From the NCBI GenBank assembly GCA_049651785.1, contig JBASCT010000025.1:5563-69562 (forward strand): a stretch of 64,000 bases of DNA, given 5' to 3'. The position numbers and the translations under genes are program-made. Of the stretch, positions 40,007 to 51,097 are shown in pieces (position 1 is the first letter of the stretch; every line of letters starts with the position of its first letter). Under the pieces are notes generated by a model. That model worked only from the letters and a program-made list of their open reading frames with translations. It searched no databases and had not been told where the DNA came from. This DNA comes from Minisyncoccia bacterium. GTDB taxonomy: Bacteria > Patescibacteriota > Minisyncoccia > Phycocordibacterales > Zambryskibacteraceae.

Positions 40007-41419
40007 TTATTCTCCCAAAAATTCTTTGCCAGCAAGGAACAAGTCGTCTTCCCTGCCGAGCGCGGCGGTAAGTTCTATCCCTAGAGGCAGGACGCCGGCA
40101 AGGCCTGAGGGCAGAGAAATTGAAGGCAGTCCCGCGATATTGGCCGGTACGGTAAAGATATCGGCGAGGTACATCGAGAGCGGGTCTTTTGTCTTCTCTC
40201 CCAGTTTGAAGGCGGGCGTGGGTGTCGTTGGAGTGAGTATCAAATCGACTTTCTCGAAAGCTTCGGCGAGCTCCTCACTGATTAATTTCTTCATCTCGAG
40301 AGCGCTCCCGTAATATTCGTCATAGTAGCCCGAGGAAAGGACATAAGTGCCGAGGATTATGCGCCGCTTCGGCTCGGGGCCGAAACCGGCGCCCCGAGTT
40401 TCGAAGTAATCTTCTATGACATCTTTGCCCGCTTTGTGAAATCCGTATTTAACGCCGTCGAAACGCGCCAGGTTCGAAGAAGCTTCGGCGGGCATGATGA
40501 TGTAGTAGACGGCCAAAGAGTATTTGAGATGCGGGAGCTTAAGGTCTTTAATCTTATAGCCGAGAGCGCGGAATTTTTCCACGGCTTCCTCGAAGTTTTT
40601 TTTAACACTCTCGTCTATGCCGTCGATTTCGATAAATTCGCGCGGGATGCCGATGGTTTTAGAAAATTTCCTTTTTCTTGGAAAGCTCTCGTCGGAGACG
40701 GTCGTGCTGTCCAAGGGGTCCCGACCGGCGATTACTTTATAGACGAGTTCGGCGTCGGCGACACTTCTCGTGAAGGGCCCTATCTGGTCGAGAGACGAGG
40801 CGAGGGCGATGAGCCCCGAGCGGGAAACTCTGCCGTATGAGGGTTTCAGCCCGACGACACCAGAGAAGGCGGCGGGCTGCCTTATTGAGCCGCCCGTATC
40901 CGAGCCGAGGGCGACGGGCACGAAGCCCGCCGCCACGGCGACAGCCGAGCCGCCGGAAGAGCCGCCCGGTACGCGAGTCGGGTCGTGAGGATTTTTGGTC
41001 GGACCATAGACAGAGTTCTCGGTGGAGCTGCCCATGGCGAATTCGTCCATGTTCGTGCGTCCAACGATGACGGCCCCGGCATCTTTGAGCCTCTTTACGA
41101 CCGTCGCGTCGTAGGGCGAGATGAAACCCTCAAGAATTTTTGAGGCGGCGGTGGCGCGCTTGCCCGAGACAAGGATGTTGTCCTTGAGCGCGATTGGCAC
41201 GCCGAGAAGTGGTGAATCTTTCCCTTTTTTCAAGTTTTTGTCCGCCTCGCGAGCGGCATCCGGCGCCTCGTCAAAGACTTCCAAGAAAGCGTCGGTTTTG
41301 CCCGCGTCATTTTTCTTGATGAGCTCAATGAGATTCTTCGTGATATCAAGGCTCGAAAATTTTTTGTCGGCGAAAGCTTTTTTTATTTCACCTATGGAAA
41401 GTTTTGAGAAATCGGCCAT
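40007..41419 (-). CDS. gatA: Glutamyl/aspartyl-tRNA amidotransferase subunit A
   Basis: Amidase signature GGSSGGSAVAVAAG. Confidence 0.9.
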   Translation of the reverse strand: MADFSKLSIGEIKKAFADKKFSSLDITKNLIELIKKNDAGKTDAFLEVFDEAPDAAREADKNLKKGKDSPLLGVPIALKDNILVSGKRATAASKILEGFISPYDATVVKRLKDAGAVIVGRTNMDEFAMGSSTENSVYGPTKNPHDPTRVPGGSSGGSAVAVAAGFVPVALGSDTGGSIRQPAAFSGVVGLKPSYGRVSRSGLIALASSLDQIGPFTRSVADAELVYKVIAGRDPLDSTTVSDESFPRKRKFSKTIGIPREFIEIDGIDESVKKNFEEAVEKFRALGYKIKDLKLPHLKYSLAVYYIIMPAEASSNLARFDGVKYGFHKAGKDVIEDYFETRGAGFGPEPKRRIILGTYVLSSGYYDEYYGSALEMKKLISEELAEAFEKVDLILTPTTPTPAFKLGEKTKDPLSMYLADIFTVPANIAGLPSISLPSGLAGVLPLGIELTAALGREDDLFLAGKEFLGE

Positions 41420-41712
41420 TAAAGAATTTTTTTAACCTTAATGTAATTTTTCTCGCGTGAAGGCGCTTGTCCCAGAAGAGCTTCGGTAAAAATACCTTTT
41501 TCGTGCGGCGGGCCGTCAGAGCGCAGGACATTTCTCGGCAGGAACTCGTCGGCGCTCCTTTTTTCTCGCTTGGCGGATTTCTTGACGGCGCCCTTAACCT
41601 CGCTTACATAGGCAAGAATCTTGTCGAACTCGTTGGAAAGCTTTTCGGCATCACCATCTCCCAGCCTGATGCGGCTCAGGTTGGCGAGTTTAATAATCTT
41701 CTCCTTATCCAT
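41419..41712 (-). CDS. gatC: Glutamyl/aspartyl-tRNA amidotransferase subunit C
   Basis: MDKEKIIKLANLSRIRL... GatC pattern, immediately upstream of gatA. Confidence 0.8.
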   Translation of the reverse strand: MDKEKIIKLANLSRIRLGDGDAEKLSNEFDKILAYVSEVKGAVKKSAKREKRSADEFLPRNVLRSDGPPHEKGIFTEALLGQAPSREKNYIKVKKIL

Positions 41713-41718
41713 ACTCTG

Positions 41719-43731
<2,013 letters not shown>

Positions 43732-43750
43732 TTATAGTGAGCCTGTCGAA

Positions 43751-44305
43751 CTAGTATGTGGCTCTAACGGCGCGCTCAACCCTCCTCGGGTTTGAGACAC
43801 TGCAGGTGTTATAGCCTTTTGATTCGATTTTTGTTCTTAGAGTACGTGGAGCCGAAATGGTGTACCACTTGGCGATACTTACCGTTACGCAGTAAGAATC
43901 CGTCGGGGTGAAATCGAAAGTTATCGTGGTTGTGCCGAAGCCCGTCCCGCCATTTACGACGGGAGCAACATTAATAACTTTGCCGTTGCAGTTTATGGGG
44001 TTCGTCGGAGTCGAGGTCGAAAAGGCGCTAAGGCCGCTCGGGTTTCTAACATCCCAGTAGAGAGCGCACTCCATCCCCGAGTCGGCGGCGTAGAAGGCGT
44101 GTTGCGAGGCTTCGCCGGCATTCGCGATAACCAAGTGTCTCACGGCGAGATTTATCACACCGGCCGCCACGAGACTGATTGTCCCGACAATAATAACTGC
44201 GACAAAAATTGTAAAACCTGCGGTTTTGCTTTTGCTTCGCTCAGTCTCTGTGGAAGATTTCTTCCACATTCTTTCGCTGCCAAAAGTGAAGCCTCGGTTT
44301 TTCAT
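43751..44305 (-). CDS. Pilus-associated hypothetical protein with a non-canonical pilin-like N-terminus
   Basis: KTAGFTIFVAVIIVGTISLVAAGV, lacking E5. Confidence 0.45.
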   Translation of the reverse strand: MKNRGFTFGSERMWKKSSTETERSKSKTAGFTIFVAVIIVGTISLVAAGVINLAVRHLVIANAGEASQHAFYAADSGMECALYWDVRNPSGLSAFSTSTPTNPINCNGKVINVAPVVNGGTGFGTTTITFDFTPTDSYCVTVSIAKWYTISAPRTLRTKIESKGYNTCSVSNPRRVERAVRATY

Positions 44306-44871
44306 GGCCAGTTTAAAATATTTTCCCGCGCCTGGAACTCTTGGTTTGTAGAGCCGTGCATCCAGTTAATGGTGACCAGAACGGAAATTTCTTTGGCATC
44401 AACTTGAGTGATAATAATTTCGCGTCGAAATTTCGTCTCGCTCCAAGCCCCGTTGTGTCCATAGAAAAGATTGGTGGCGTCCTGACGAAGCAAGGGGCAA
44501 GACTCGATGGCGCTGCAACGCGTCGGCACAGTCGAGTTTATCGGGTCAACAATGCAGGCATTACCGAACCAGCAGGGGTCATTAATGTTTGAGGCAATGC
44601 CCGTAAGCCAGTTCCTGTTATTGAGCGCGTTCTCGTCGCGCATGTTTCGGATAAATTCGAACCCCTCTTGAGCAAGGTAAAATGCGGTTATCTGGTCGCG
44701 TGAAAAAGTGTAGGACGAAATCGCGGTCCTAACAGCGCTTGAAACTCCTGTAATGGCCGTGATGAGAATCACGATAGCGACTAGGCTTTCGACGAGAGAG
44801 AATCCCCGCCCGAACGACTTTCGTCGTTCTGTCGGGCGGGCGTTTTGCTTTGTGTGTGTTTCTTTTGTCAT
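44302..44871 (-). CDS. Pseudopilin (PilV/GspI-like) with an unusually long 29-aa leader containing a palindromic-element insertion
   Basis: ...RRKSFGRG|FSLVESLVAIVILIT. Start placed at the internal Met (MTKETH), ATGA-coupled to the upstream gene. Confidence 0.6.
   Translation of the reverse strand: MTKETHTKQNARPTERRKSFGRGFSLVESLVAIVILITAITGVSSAVRTAISSYTFSRDQITAFYLAQEGFEFIRNMRDENALNNRNWLTGIASNINDPCWFGNACIVDPINSTVPTRCSAIESCPLLRQDATNLFYGHNGAWSETKFRREIIITQVDAKEISVLVTINWMHGSTNQEFQARENILNWP
44805..44840. repeat. GC-rich palindromic element copy, 36 nt, in frame within the prepilin leader coding region
   Basis: CCCGCCCGAACGACTTTCGTCGTTCTGTCGGGCGGG. It encodes ARPTERRKSFGR. Confidence 0.75.
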
Positions 44872-44872
44872 A

Positions 44873-45427
44873 TTATCTGTCCACGGCGCGCTGGGAGACA
44901 AGGGTCTGGATGGCAAACCTCGTTGTCCCCTTGGCACCCGTTGCGCCCACCCTACCCCTCACGATAATAACCGTCTTCGGCTGAAAGGCGTCGGCTGCAA
45001 TGGCGCCCAGCGTATAGAAAGTGAGGCTCTCAATCGCTATTTCCGCCCCTGTCACGGCAATCCAAGAGGCCGAGGCGCCGTCCTGTTTTTCAACCACGGT
45101 GCCATTGAGGCGATAAGCTATTTGGTCTCCGCTACTTGAAAGGAAGGTAAAGAACGAGTTGCCGGTAGGACAATTCTGGGGCACGGTCAAGGTACCAGTT
45201 GAGCCGCAATGATAGACTCTGCCGAAACGGATTTCACGCGACATGCTCTCGAGAGCGATATTGAGATTGGAGAGGGCCGCTTTCGTGTTCTTGGCCTTGG
45301 TGTTGGAGTTAAAGGTGCTGAAGATGGCGCCCATGGCGATAGTCATAACCGTGATGAAGACCGTTATCGCCACGATGAGCTCAATTATCGTGAAGCCCTT
45401 ATTGAGTTTTTTATTTCTCACTCCCAT
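44873..45427 (-). CDS. Pseudopilin (GspG/PilE-like)
   Basis: NKG|FTIIELIVAITVFITV. Confidence 0.7.
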   Translation of the reverse strand: MGVRNKKLNKGFTIIELIVAITVFITVMTIAMGAIFSTFNSNTKAKNTKAALSNLNIALESMSREIRFGRVYHCGSTGTLTVPQNCPTGNSFFTFLSSSGDQIAYRLNGTVVEKQDGASASWIAVTGAEIAIESLTFYTLGAIAADAFQPKTVIIVRGRVGATGAKGTTRFAIQTLVSQRAVDR

Positions 45428-46072
45428 TTACTTTGTCGAAATTTGACCCGTGGTGTAGACGGTGACCCCACTCGTCGCGGTCGTATTGGGGCTCCTGAAA
45501 ATAATTCTTGCCCCTACCATATTCGGATTGGTGACTTGACCCCCGCTTGAGTTGAAAAAGATGAGCTGGGCCTCGGTATTCGGGCGATTGAAGGTAATGT
45601 CGACTCTTCTCGGGGAGTTGGGCGGACCGCACTCGCTTGTGGCGGGAGCGATAATCATGCAAACCGCTTCGATATAAACTCCGCGTAAAATGTTTATCCG
45701 TTCGAGACACTCGTTGGCACCTCCTATGACACACGTCCAGTCACCATTGTAGAAATCATTATTATTGCGATCCGCAAAGTATAGATAGGCTGTAGGAGAA
45801 CCATCATCATCGTCATTAATCAGGCTGAAGGTAAGACCATAGGAAGCGGAGAATTCACCCGAGCCCGTGGAGAATTCTCTGACCCCAGAGCCGTACGCCT
45901 GAGCTTGAGCAATCCTGAGGCTCGTGTCTTCGGCAAGATTGTTGAGCACAAGTCTGTCGTTATACTTCGACTGATTCAAAAGAAGAACGGTGAGAATCAC
46001 GGTCGTGATAGTAATGGTCACCATCAGTTCCGTAAAGGTGAATCCTTTATTTTTCTCAGATAGGAAGGACAT
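45428..46072 (-). CDS. Pseudopilin (GspH/FimT-like)
   Basis: NKG|FTFTELMVTITITTV. Confidence 0.7.
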   Translation of the reverse strand: MSFLSEKNKGFTFTELMVTITITTVILTVLLLNQSKYNDRLVLNNLAEDTSLRIAQAQAYGSGVREFSTGSGEFSASYGLTFSLINDDDDGSPTAYLYFADRNNNDFYNGDWTCVIGGANECLERINILRGVYIEAVCMIIAPATSECGPPNSPRRVDITFNRPNTEAQLIFFNSSGGQVTNPNMVGARIIFRSPNTTATSGVTVYTTGQISTK

Positions 46073-46859
46073 GGTTGAAGTTGAGGTGGAAGAAGAGTGC
46101 GAGCCAGGCGCCTAAGACTATCGCGGGGCCGAAGGGCACTTCAGACTTCATTGTAAGGCCTTTATCGCTCTTTATAAAGCCTGCCTGCGCAGGCAGGCCG
46201 AGTTTTACAACAAAAAAGAGAATGAGCGCCGCCAGAGCGCCAAGCCAGAAGGCAAAGATTATGGCCGAGAAACCTTTTGCCGCGCCGAGAAGTAGACCCA
46301 CGGAGAGTCCGAGTTTCGCGTCGCCGAAACCCATCGCCCGACCGCGCGAAAAGAGCCAGATGGAGCCGAAAAAGACGAAAATGATCGGTCCCGCGAGAAG
46401 GTCCAAGAAGTAAGGCGTAGGAAGTGAGAAGTAAGAATACATACGATACCCAAGAGCGAGTAAAATGCAGGTATAGACGAGCGTGTCGGGAATGATTTTA
46501 TGGCGTATATCATAAATAGTAATGACAATGTAGAGAGAAAAAACCGCAACCAGAACAAGATAATTCAGAAATGACAAAAGATTTAACGGATCAATAATGT
46601 AGAAAAGGGAGGCAAAGATAAGTCCTGTCCAAATTTCAATTATCGGATACTGCCAGGAAATCGGTGCCTGACAGCCGGAACACTTTCTTTTTAAGAGAAA
46701 AAAGCTCAAAACCGGGATAAGTTCGTGCCAAGAAAGTGTCTTGGCGCAATTTGGACAGGCCGAGCGACCGCCAAAGTTTTTTGAATCCCAACGAAGCCCG
46801 ATGACATTCAAGAAACTCCCGACAATGGTACCCAAAACAAAAAGGATGACTAAGGTCAT
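46056..46859 (-). CDS. pilD: Prepilin peptidase PilD (A24 family)
   Basis: N-terminal CPNC...CSGC zinc motif, eight TM helices, GFGDAKL. Confidence 0.85.
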   Translation of the reverse strand: MTLVILFVLGTIVGSFLNVIGLRWDSKNFGGRSACPNCAKTLSWHELIPVLSFFLLKRKCSGCQAPISWQYPIIEIWTGLIFASLFYIIDPLNLLSFLNYLVLVAVFSLYIVITIYDIRHKIIPDTLVYTCILLALGYRMYSYFSLPTPYFLDLLAGPIIFVFFGSIWLFSRGRAMGFGDAKLGLSVGLLLGAAKGFSAIIFAFWLGALAALILFFVVKLGLPAQAGFIKSDKGLTMKSEVPFGPAIVLGAWLALFFHLNFNHVLPI

Positions 46860-46908
46860 CCTTTAAGTATAACAAACCTGTCTGCGCAGGCGGGCGGCGG
46901 GTGATTGA

Positions 46909-47346
46909 TTACGGACAAACCACTTCTCCGATACCAAGATTCGCCGGAATCTCTCTTGAGGCGCCGGAGCTGTCAACGCACCAAGCGGTGGTAGTGGAAA
47001 TGAGAAGCGCGGAAACGGCATAGGCAGACGTGTCGGTGCGGCAGGAAAGAGTGGCGCCTGTCGGATAATTTGTCGACAGCGTGGCCTGATACATACCGGA
47101 TGCCGCGTCCTCAAAGAAGTCATCAACAACGTCATCACAGAGATCAGTTGCGACGGTGCCGTAGTTGCCGTTCGTGTCGAAGTAAACCTCGGCGGCACTT
47201 TTCAGACCCGCGAGTTGCGCCTTAACTTTTGCGTCATTGCCTTTGGCGCGAGCGGTATTGAGAGAGGCCAAGACAACCGATGAGAGAATACCGATGATGG
47301 CGATGACCACCAGGAGTTCGATTAGGGTAAATCCTTTGTTTTTCAT
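46909..47346 (-). CDS. Type IV pilin paralog A
   Basis: MKNKG|FTLIELLVVIAIIGILSSVVLASLNTARAKGNDAKVKAQL. Confidence 0.8.
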   Translation of the reverse strand: MKNKGFTLIELLVVIAIIGILSSVVLASLNTARAKGNDAKVKAQLAGLKSAAEVYFDTNGNYGTVATDLCDDVVDDFFEDAASGMYQATLSTNYPTGATLSCRTDTSAYAVSALLISTTTAWCVDSSGASREIPANLGIGEVVCP

Positions 47347-47372
47347 TTTATTGTTAGCTTTTGGCTATTGTA

Positions 47373-47855
47373 CTAGGGTCCGCACACAGCGTCTCCAGCC
47401 ACGATCGTAACACCTCCATATCCCTTAGAGGCCCCCGTGCTATCGATACACCAACTATTCGTACCGCCTAGTCCGGGGAGAGTAACGCTCACGGCATAGG
47501 CATTGGCCGCTCCGCCACCAACCGCTGTTGCGACACAGGTTGGATTGGCGCCCACGGGAAACGCTGCGCCCGGGTTCGGTGGCAGCGGGACAAAGTACGA
47601 AGACATGCCTGAAGGTGCATTAATGAACATGGGCATGCCACAACCTGTGCCAGAAGAGGGTCCGTAGTTACTGTAGCTGTCATAGTAAATCTCCGCCGCC
47701 CTTCTCACACCCGAGAGCAGAGCCTTAACTTTAGCGTCATTGCTCTTGCCGCGAGCGCTGCTCAAGTAAGCCAAGATAACAGTTGAGAGAAGGCCAACGA
47801 TTGCAATAGCCACCAGAAGCTCTATGAGGGTAAACCCCCTCACTCCCTTCGTCAT
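47373..47855 (-). CDS. Type IV pilin paralog B
   Basis: VRG|FTLIELLVAIAIVGLLSTVILAYLSSARGKSNDAKVKALL. Confidence 0.8.
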   Translation of the reverse strand: MTKGVRGFTLIELLVAIAIVGLLSTVILAYLSSARGKSNDAKVKALLSGVRRAAEIYYDSYSNYGPSSGTGCGMPMFINAPSGMSSYFVPLPPNPGAAFPVGANPTCVATAVGGGAANAYAVSVTLPGLGGTNSWCIDSTGASKGYGGVTIVAGDAVCGP

Positions 47856-47883
47856 GCGTGAGATTTTGGCCCTAATTAAGATT

Positions 47884-48327
47884 CTACGGGCAGACGTTTA
47901 CCGAAGCTCCAATAGCGTTATTAATTTGTTTAGAAGCACCCATGCTGTCAACACACCAATATGCCGCAACCCCACCGTTGTTGAGAGTCGCTTTTACGGC
48001 ATAGGCCGTACCGCTTGAACCGCAAACAATTGTGGTTCCTGCAGGCCAATAGGTCCCTGGTGCTCCAAGGAAATAAGAGCCCATTCCAGATCCGGCATCA
48101 GTGAACATGTTGTTACATACTGCCGTTGCGGCGCCGTAGTTGTTATTGGTGTCATAGTAGACCTCGGCGGCGGCACGAACTCCGGAGAGCTGGGCCTTAA
48201 CCTTGGCGTCATTGCCCTTACCGCGGGCGGTATTGAGGGAGGCCAAGACAACCGATGAGAGAATGCCGATGATGGCGATAACCACCAGGAGTTCAATCAA
48301 CGTAAAACCTTTTGTTCTAGTACTCAT
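47884..48327 (-). CDS. Type IV pilin paralog C
   Basis: TKG|FTLIELLVVIAIIGILSSVVLASLNTARGKGNDAKVKAQL. The first 60 codons are about 85% nt-identical to paralog A. Confidence 0.8.
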   Translation of the reverse strand: MSTRTKGFTLIELLVVIAIIGILSSVVLASLNTARGKGNDAKVKAQLSGVRAAAEVYYDTNNNYGAATAVCNNMFTDAGSGMGSYFLGAPGTYWPAGTTIVCGSSGTAYAVKATLNNGGVAAYWCVDSMGASKQINNAIGASVNVCP

Positions 48328-48403
48328 AATTTAATGATTTTCCTAATTTTTGGCTTATTTTATAAATCACCTTTAGAGTGAATACAGACATTATACTCTA
48401 CAT

Positions 48404-49606
48404 TTAGGCGGCATTCGCAATATCGTATATGGGGATAAGTACGGAGGCCAAAAGAATACCGACGCCAAGGCCTAAAATCACTATCATAACGGGCTCTATC
48501 AAGCTCACCAGAGTATCGACCGCGTTTATAACCTCCCGCTGGTAAAAGTGCGCCATGGTGCCTAAAATTGAGCCTAATTCTCCCGACTCCTCACCTACCC
48601 GTATCATCTGGATGAGCATACCTGGTATTTCCTCATACTGCGATAGGGACTGGGAGAAGGAGCTGCCCCCTCGGACGGCGATGACGCTTTCCTCAAGGAT
48701 TTTCCTGTAAACTTCGTTGCCAACGACCGTTGAGGTCACCTCTATGGCATTCGCCATGGGAATACCCGAGAGAATCATGGTGCTCATGTTGTCCGCGATA
48801 AGCGAGAGATAGAGCTTTTTATAGAGATCACCGATATAGGGAACCTTGAGCTTAAAGCGGGCCAGGGCCGACTTGCCGTCAGGCGTCTTCGCGTAGCGCA
48901 CCAAGAGAAAGGCGCCGATAATAACGGCCGCGAGAAGAAGGAACCCGTAATTGACGAAAAAGTCGGAGACGGCAAAGACTATTTTTGTGTAGAGAGGTAT
49001 GGCCTGGCCGGACTCGATAATAATAAGGCTGATTTTTGGAATAATCGTTGTAAACATAAGAACCATCACGGCGATAAAGACCGTAATGACGAAAGCGGGA
49101 TAAATCAGGGCATTGCGCGCCTTAGAGACTACTTCGTAGTTGCGGTCGAGGTAGTCGGCGAGGTGGTTGAAGGTGTCGTTCAATTTACCAGTCTCCTCTC
49201 CGGAGCGCACCATGTTCACGTAAAAGTCGGAGAAAACTTTCGGATGCTTAGCGAGAGCCTTCGAGATAGAACTCCCGCCCTGAAGATCGTCGGCGATTTG
49301 AGTCAGACTTCTCCTTAAAACAACATTCTCCATCTCACTTGAGAGGAGGGTGAAGATTTTGAGGGCCGAGACTTGCGCTTCGAAAAGAGTTGCCATCTGG
49401 CGCGAGAGGATGACGACATCCTTGTTCGAGACGCCCGAGCCGAAGTGGAGATTATTAAACCAGGGCTCCTTCTCCGCCGACTCGATGTCGACAATCATGA
49501 GTCCGCGCTTCTGCAAGGAGCTCACGGCCACGTCGAGCGAGACCGCCTCTATCTGGCCGCTCGTTTCTTTGCCGGAGTTTTCAAGGGCTTTGTATTTAAA
49601 AAGCAT
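48404..49606 (-). CDS. pilC: Type IV pilus platform protein PilC (second copy)
   Basis: GspF-family repeats. Confidence 0.85.
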   Translation of the reverse strand: MLFKYKALENSGKETSGQIEAVSLDVAVSSLQKRGLMIVDIESAEKEPWFNNLHFGSGVSNKDVVILSRQMATLFEAQVSALKIFTLLSSEMENVVLRRSLTQIADDLQGGSSISKALAKHPKVFSDFYVNMVRSGEETGKLNDTFNHLADYLDRNYEVVSKARNALIYPAFVITVFIAVMVLMFTTIIPKISLIIIESGQAIPLYTKIVFAVSDFFVNYGFLLLAAVIIGAFLLVRYAKTPDGKSALARFKLKVPYIGDLYKKLYLSLIADNMSTMILSGIPMANAIEVTSTVVGNEVYRKILEESVIAVRGGSSFSQSLSQYEEIPGMLIQMIRVGEESGELGSILGTMAHFYQREVINAVDTLVSLIEPVMIVILGLGVGILLASVLIPIYDIANAA

Positions 49607-49635
49607 CTGGATTATTTATAGTGAGCATGATCGAA

Positions 49636-50703
49636 CTAGATCATCCGCTCCAAAGTTTTCCTGTTGGTCGCGAACTGCATCGCATTCTCGACCGTCACCT
49701 CGCCGGTTCGGACGAGCTCCGCGAGCGAGCGGTTGAGGTTTATCATCCCCTCTTCCGAGCTTGTCTCAATGACCGAGTTGAGTTCGTGCGTTCTCTTTTC
49801 GCGGATAAGGTTGGCGACGGCGTTGTTGTTTATCAAGAGCTCAAAAGCGGGAATAAGTCCGCCCGAGATTCTCGGCAAGAGGCGCTGGGAGAAAATGCCG
49901 AGAAGGGAACCCGCGAGCTGGAGCCTGATTTGCGTCTGCTGGTCGGCCGGGAACGAGTCGATGATACGGTCGACGGTCTGCCCCGCGGCGTTGGTGTGAA
50001 GGGTGGATAAAACGAGGTGCCCCGTTTCGGCCGCGGTCACCGCGGTCGAAATGGTTTCTAAGTCGCGCATCTCCCCGATCATCAAGATGTCGGCGTCTTG
50101 TCGGAAAACGCCGTTGAGCGCTGTGCGGAAGTCGGGGGTGTCTAGTTTGACCTCGCGCTGGTTGATAATGGATTTCTTCGGCTCGAAAATATATTCAATC
50201 GGGTCTTCAATCGTGACGATATGCTCGAGACGCTCCATGTTTATCGTCTCAATCATGGTGGCGAGTGTTGTAGATTTGCCGACACCAACCGGGCCGACGA
50301 CGAGGAAGAAGCCCTGCTGGCGCTTGGCGAAGCTCTCGAGAATCGGCGGCAGACGCAATTCCTCGAAGGTCTTGATGCGCGAAGGGATGAGGCGCATAGC
50401 GATACTGATTTTGCCGAGCGAGAGATAGGCGTTGCAGCGGAAACGCTTGTTCCCCGTGTGAGTGTAGGCGAAGTTCGTCTCCTTATTCTTCCCAAACTCT
50501 TCTTTATTCATCTCCGTGAAAAGAATGTGGAGGAATCCTTCCATCTCTTCGCGCTTCAAGGGGGCGAGTTTCGCGAGGGGCAGGAGAAAGTTCGAGACTC
50601 TAATCGTCGGGAGTTTGCCCTCCGAGAGGTGGAGGTCGGAAGCGTCTTCCTTGACGACAATGTCCACCAGTTCGCTTAAAAGTTTTTCGTGGGTGCCTGT
50701 CAT
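49636..50703 (-). CDS. pilT: Twitching-motility retraction ATPase PilT
   Basis: 355 aa, GPVGVGKSTT Walker A, PilT size, no tetracysteine. Confidence 0.85.
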   Translation of the reverse strand: MTGTHEKLLSELVDIVVKEDASDLHLSEGKLPTIRVSNFLLPLAKLAPLKREEMEGFLHILFTEMNKEEFGKNKETNFAYTHTGNKRFRCNAYLSLGKISIAMRLIPSRIKTFEELRLPPILESFAKRQQGFFLVVGPVGVGKSTTLATMIETINMERLEHIVTIEDPIEYIFEPKKSIINQREVKLDTPDFRTALNGVFRQDADILMIGEMRDLETISTAVTAAETGHLVLSTLHTNAAGQTVDRIIDSFPADQQTQIRLQLAGSLLGIFSQRLLPRISGGLIPAFELLINNNAVANLIREKRTHELNSVIETSSEEGMINLNRSLAELVRTGEVTVENAMQFATNRKTLERMI

Positions 50704-50709
50704 TGGGTT

Positions 50710-51090
50710 TTAAATTTTGGCAATCTTTTTTATCTCTTCGACCACCTCGCTCGGGACACTGGTCGCCTTGACGATGTAGCCCTGAATGTCGAATTTTTTG
50801 GCCCGATCTATCATCTCGCGGTTGTTTTCGTTCGTGAGCATGACGACGATGGCGTCGGAGCAAAGCTTTTCCTTGCGAATCGTGCCGAGAAGCTCCACCC
50901 CGTCCATCCCCGGCATAATGATGTCGAGGACGAGGACGTTCGGCTTCGAGCCCCCGCGAAGCTTGTTGAGGGCATCTTGCGGGCCAACAGCCACTTCGAC
51001 CGTGGCACCATCACCCTCGAACTTTTTCTTATACATGTCGAGGAGAAACTTGTCGTCGTCAACTATGAAGACGGTGTAATTTTTGCTCAT
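50710..51090 (-). CDS. Single-domain response regulator (CheY/PilH-like receiver)
   Basis: FIVDDD, phospho-acceptor D in VLVLDIIMP, K in VMLT. Confidence 0.75.
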   Translation of the reverse strand: MSKNYTVFIVDDDKFLLDMYKKKFEGDGATVEVAVGPQDALNKLRGGSKPNVLVLDIIMPGMDGVELLGTIRKEKLCSDAIVVMLTNENNREMIDRAKKFDIQGYIVKATSVPSEVVEEIKKIAKI

Positions 51091-51097
51091 ATGTTTA

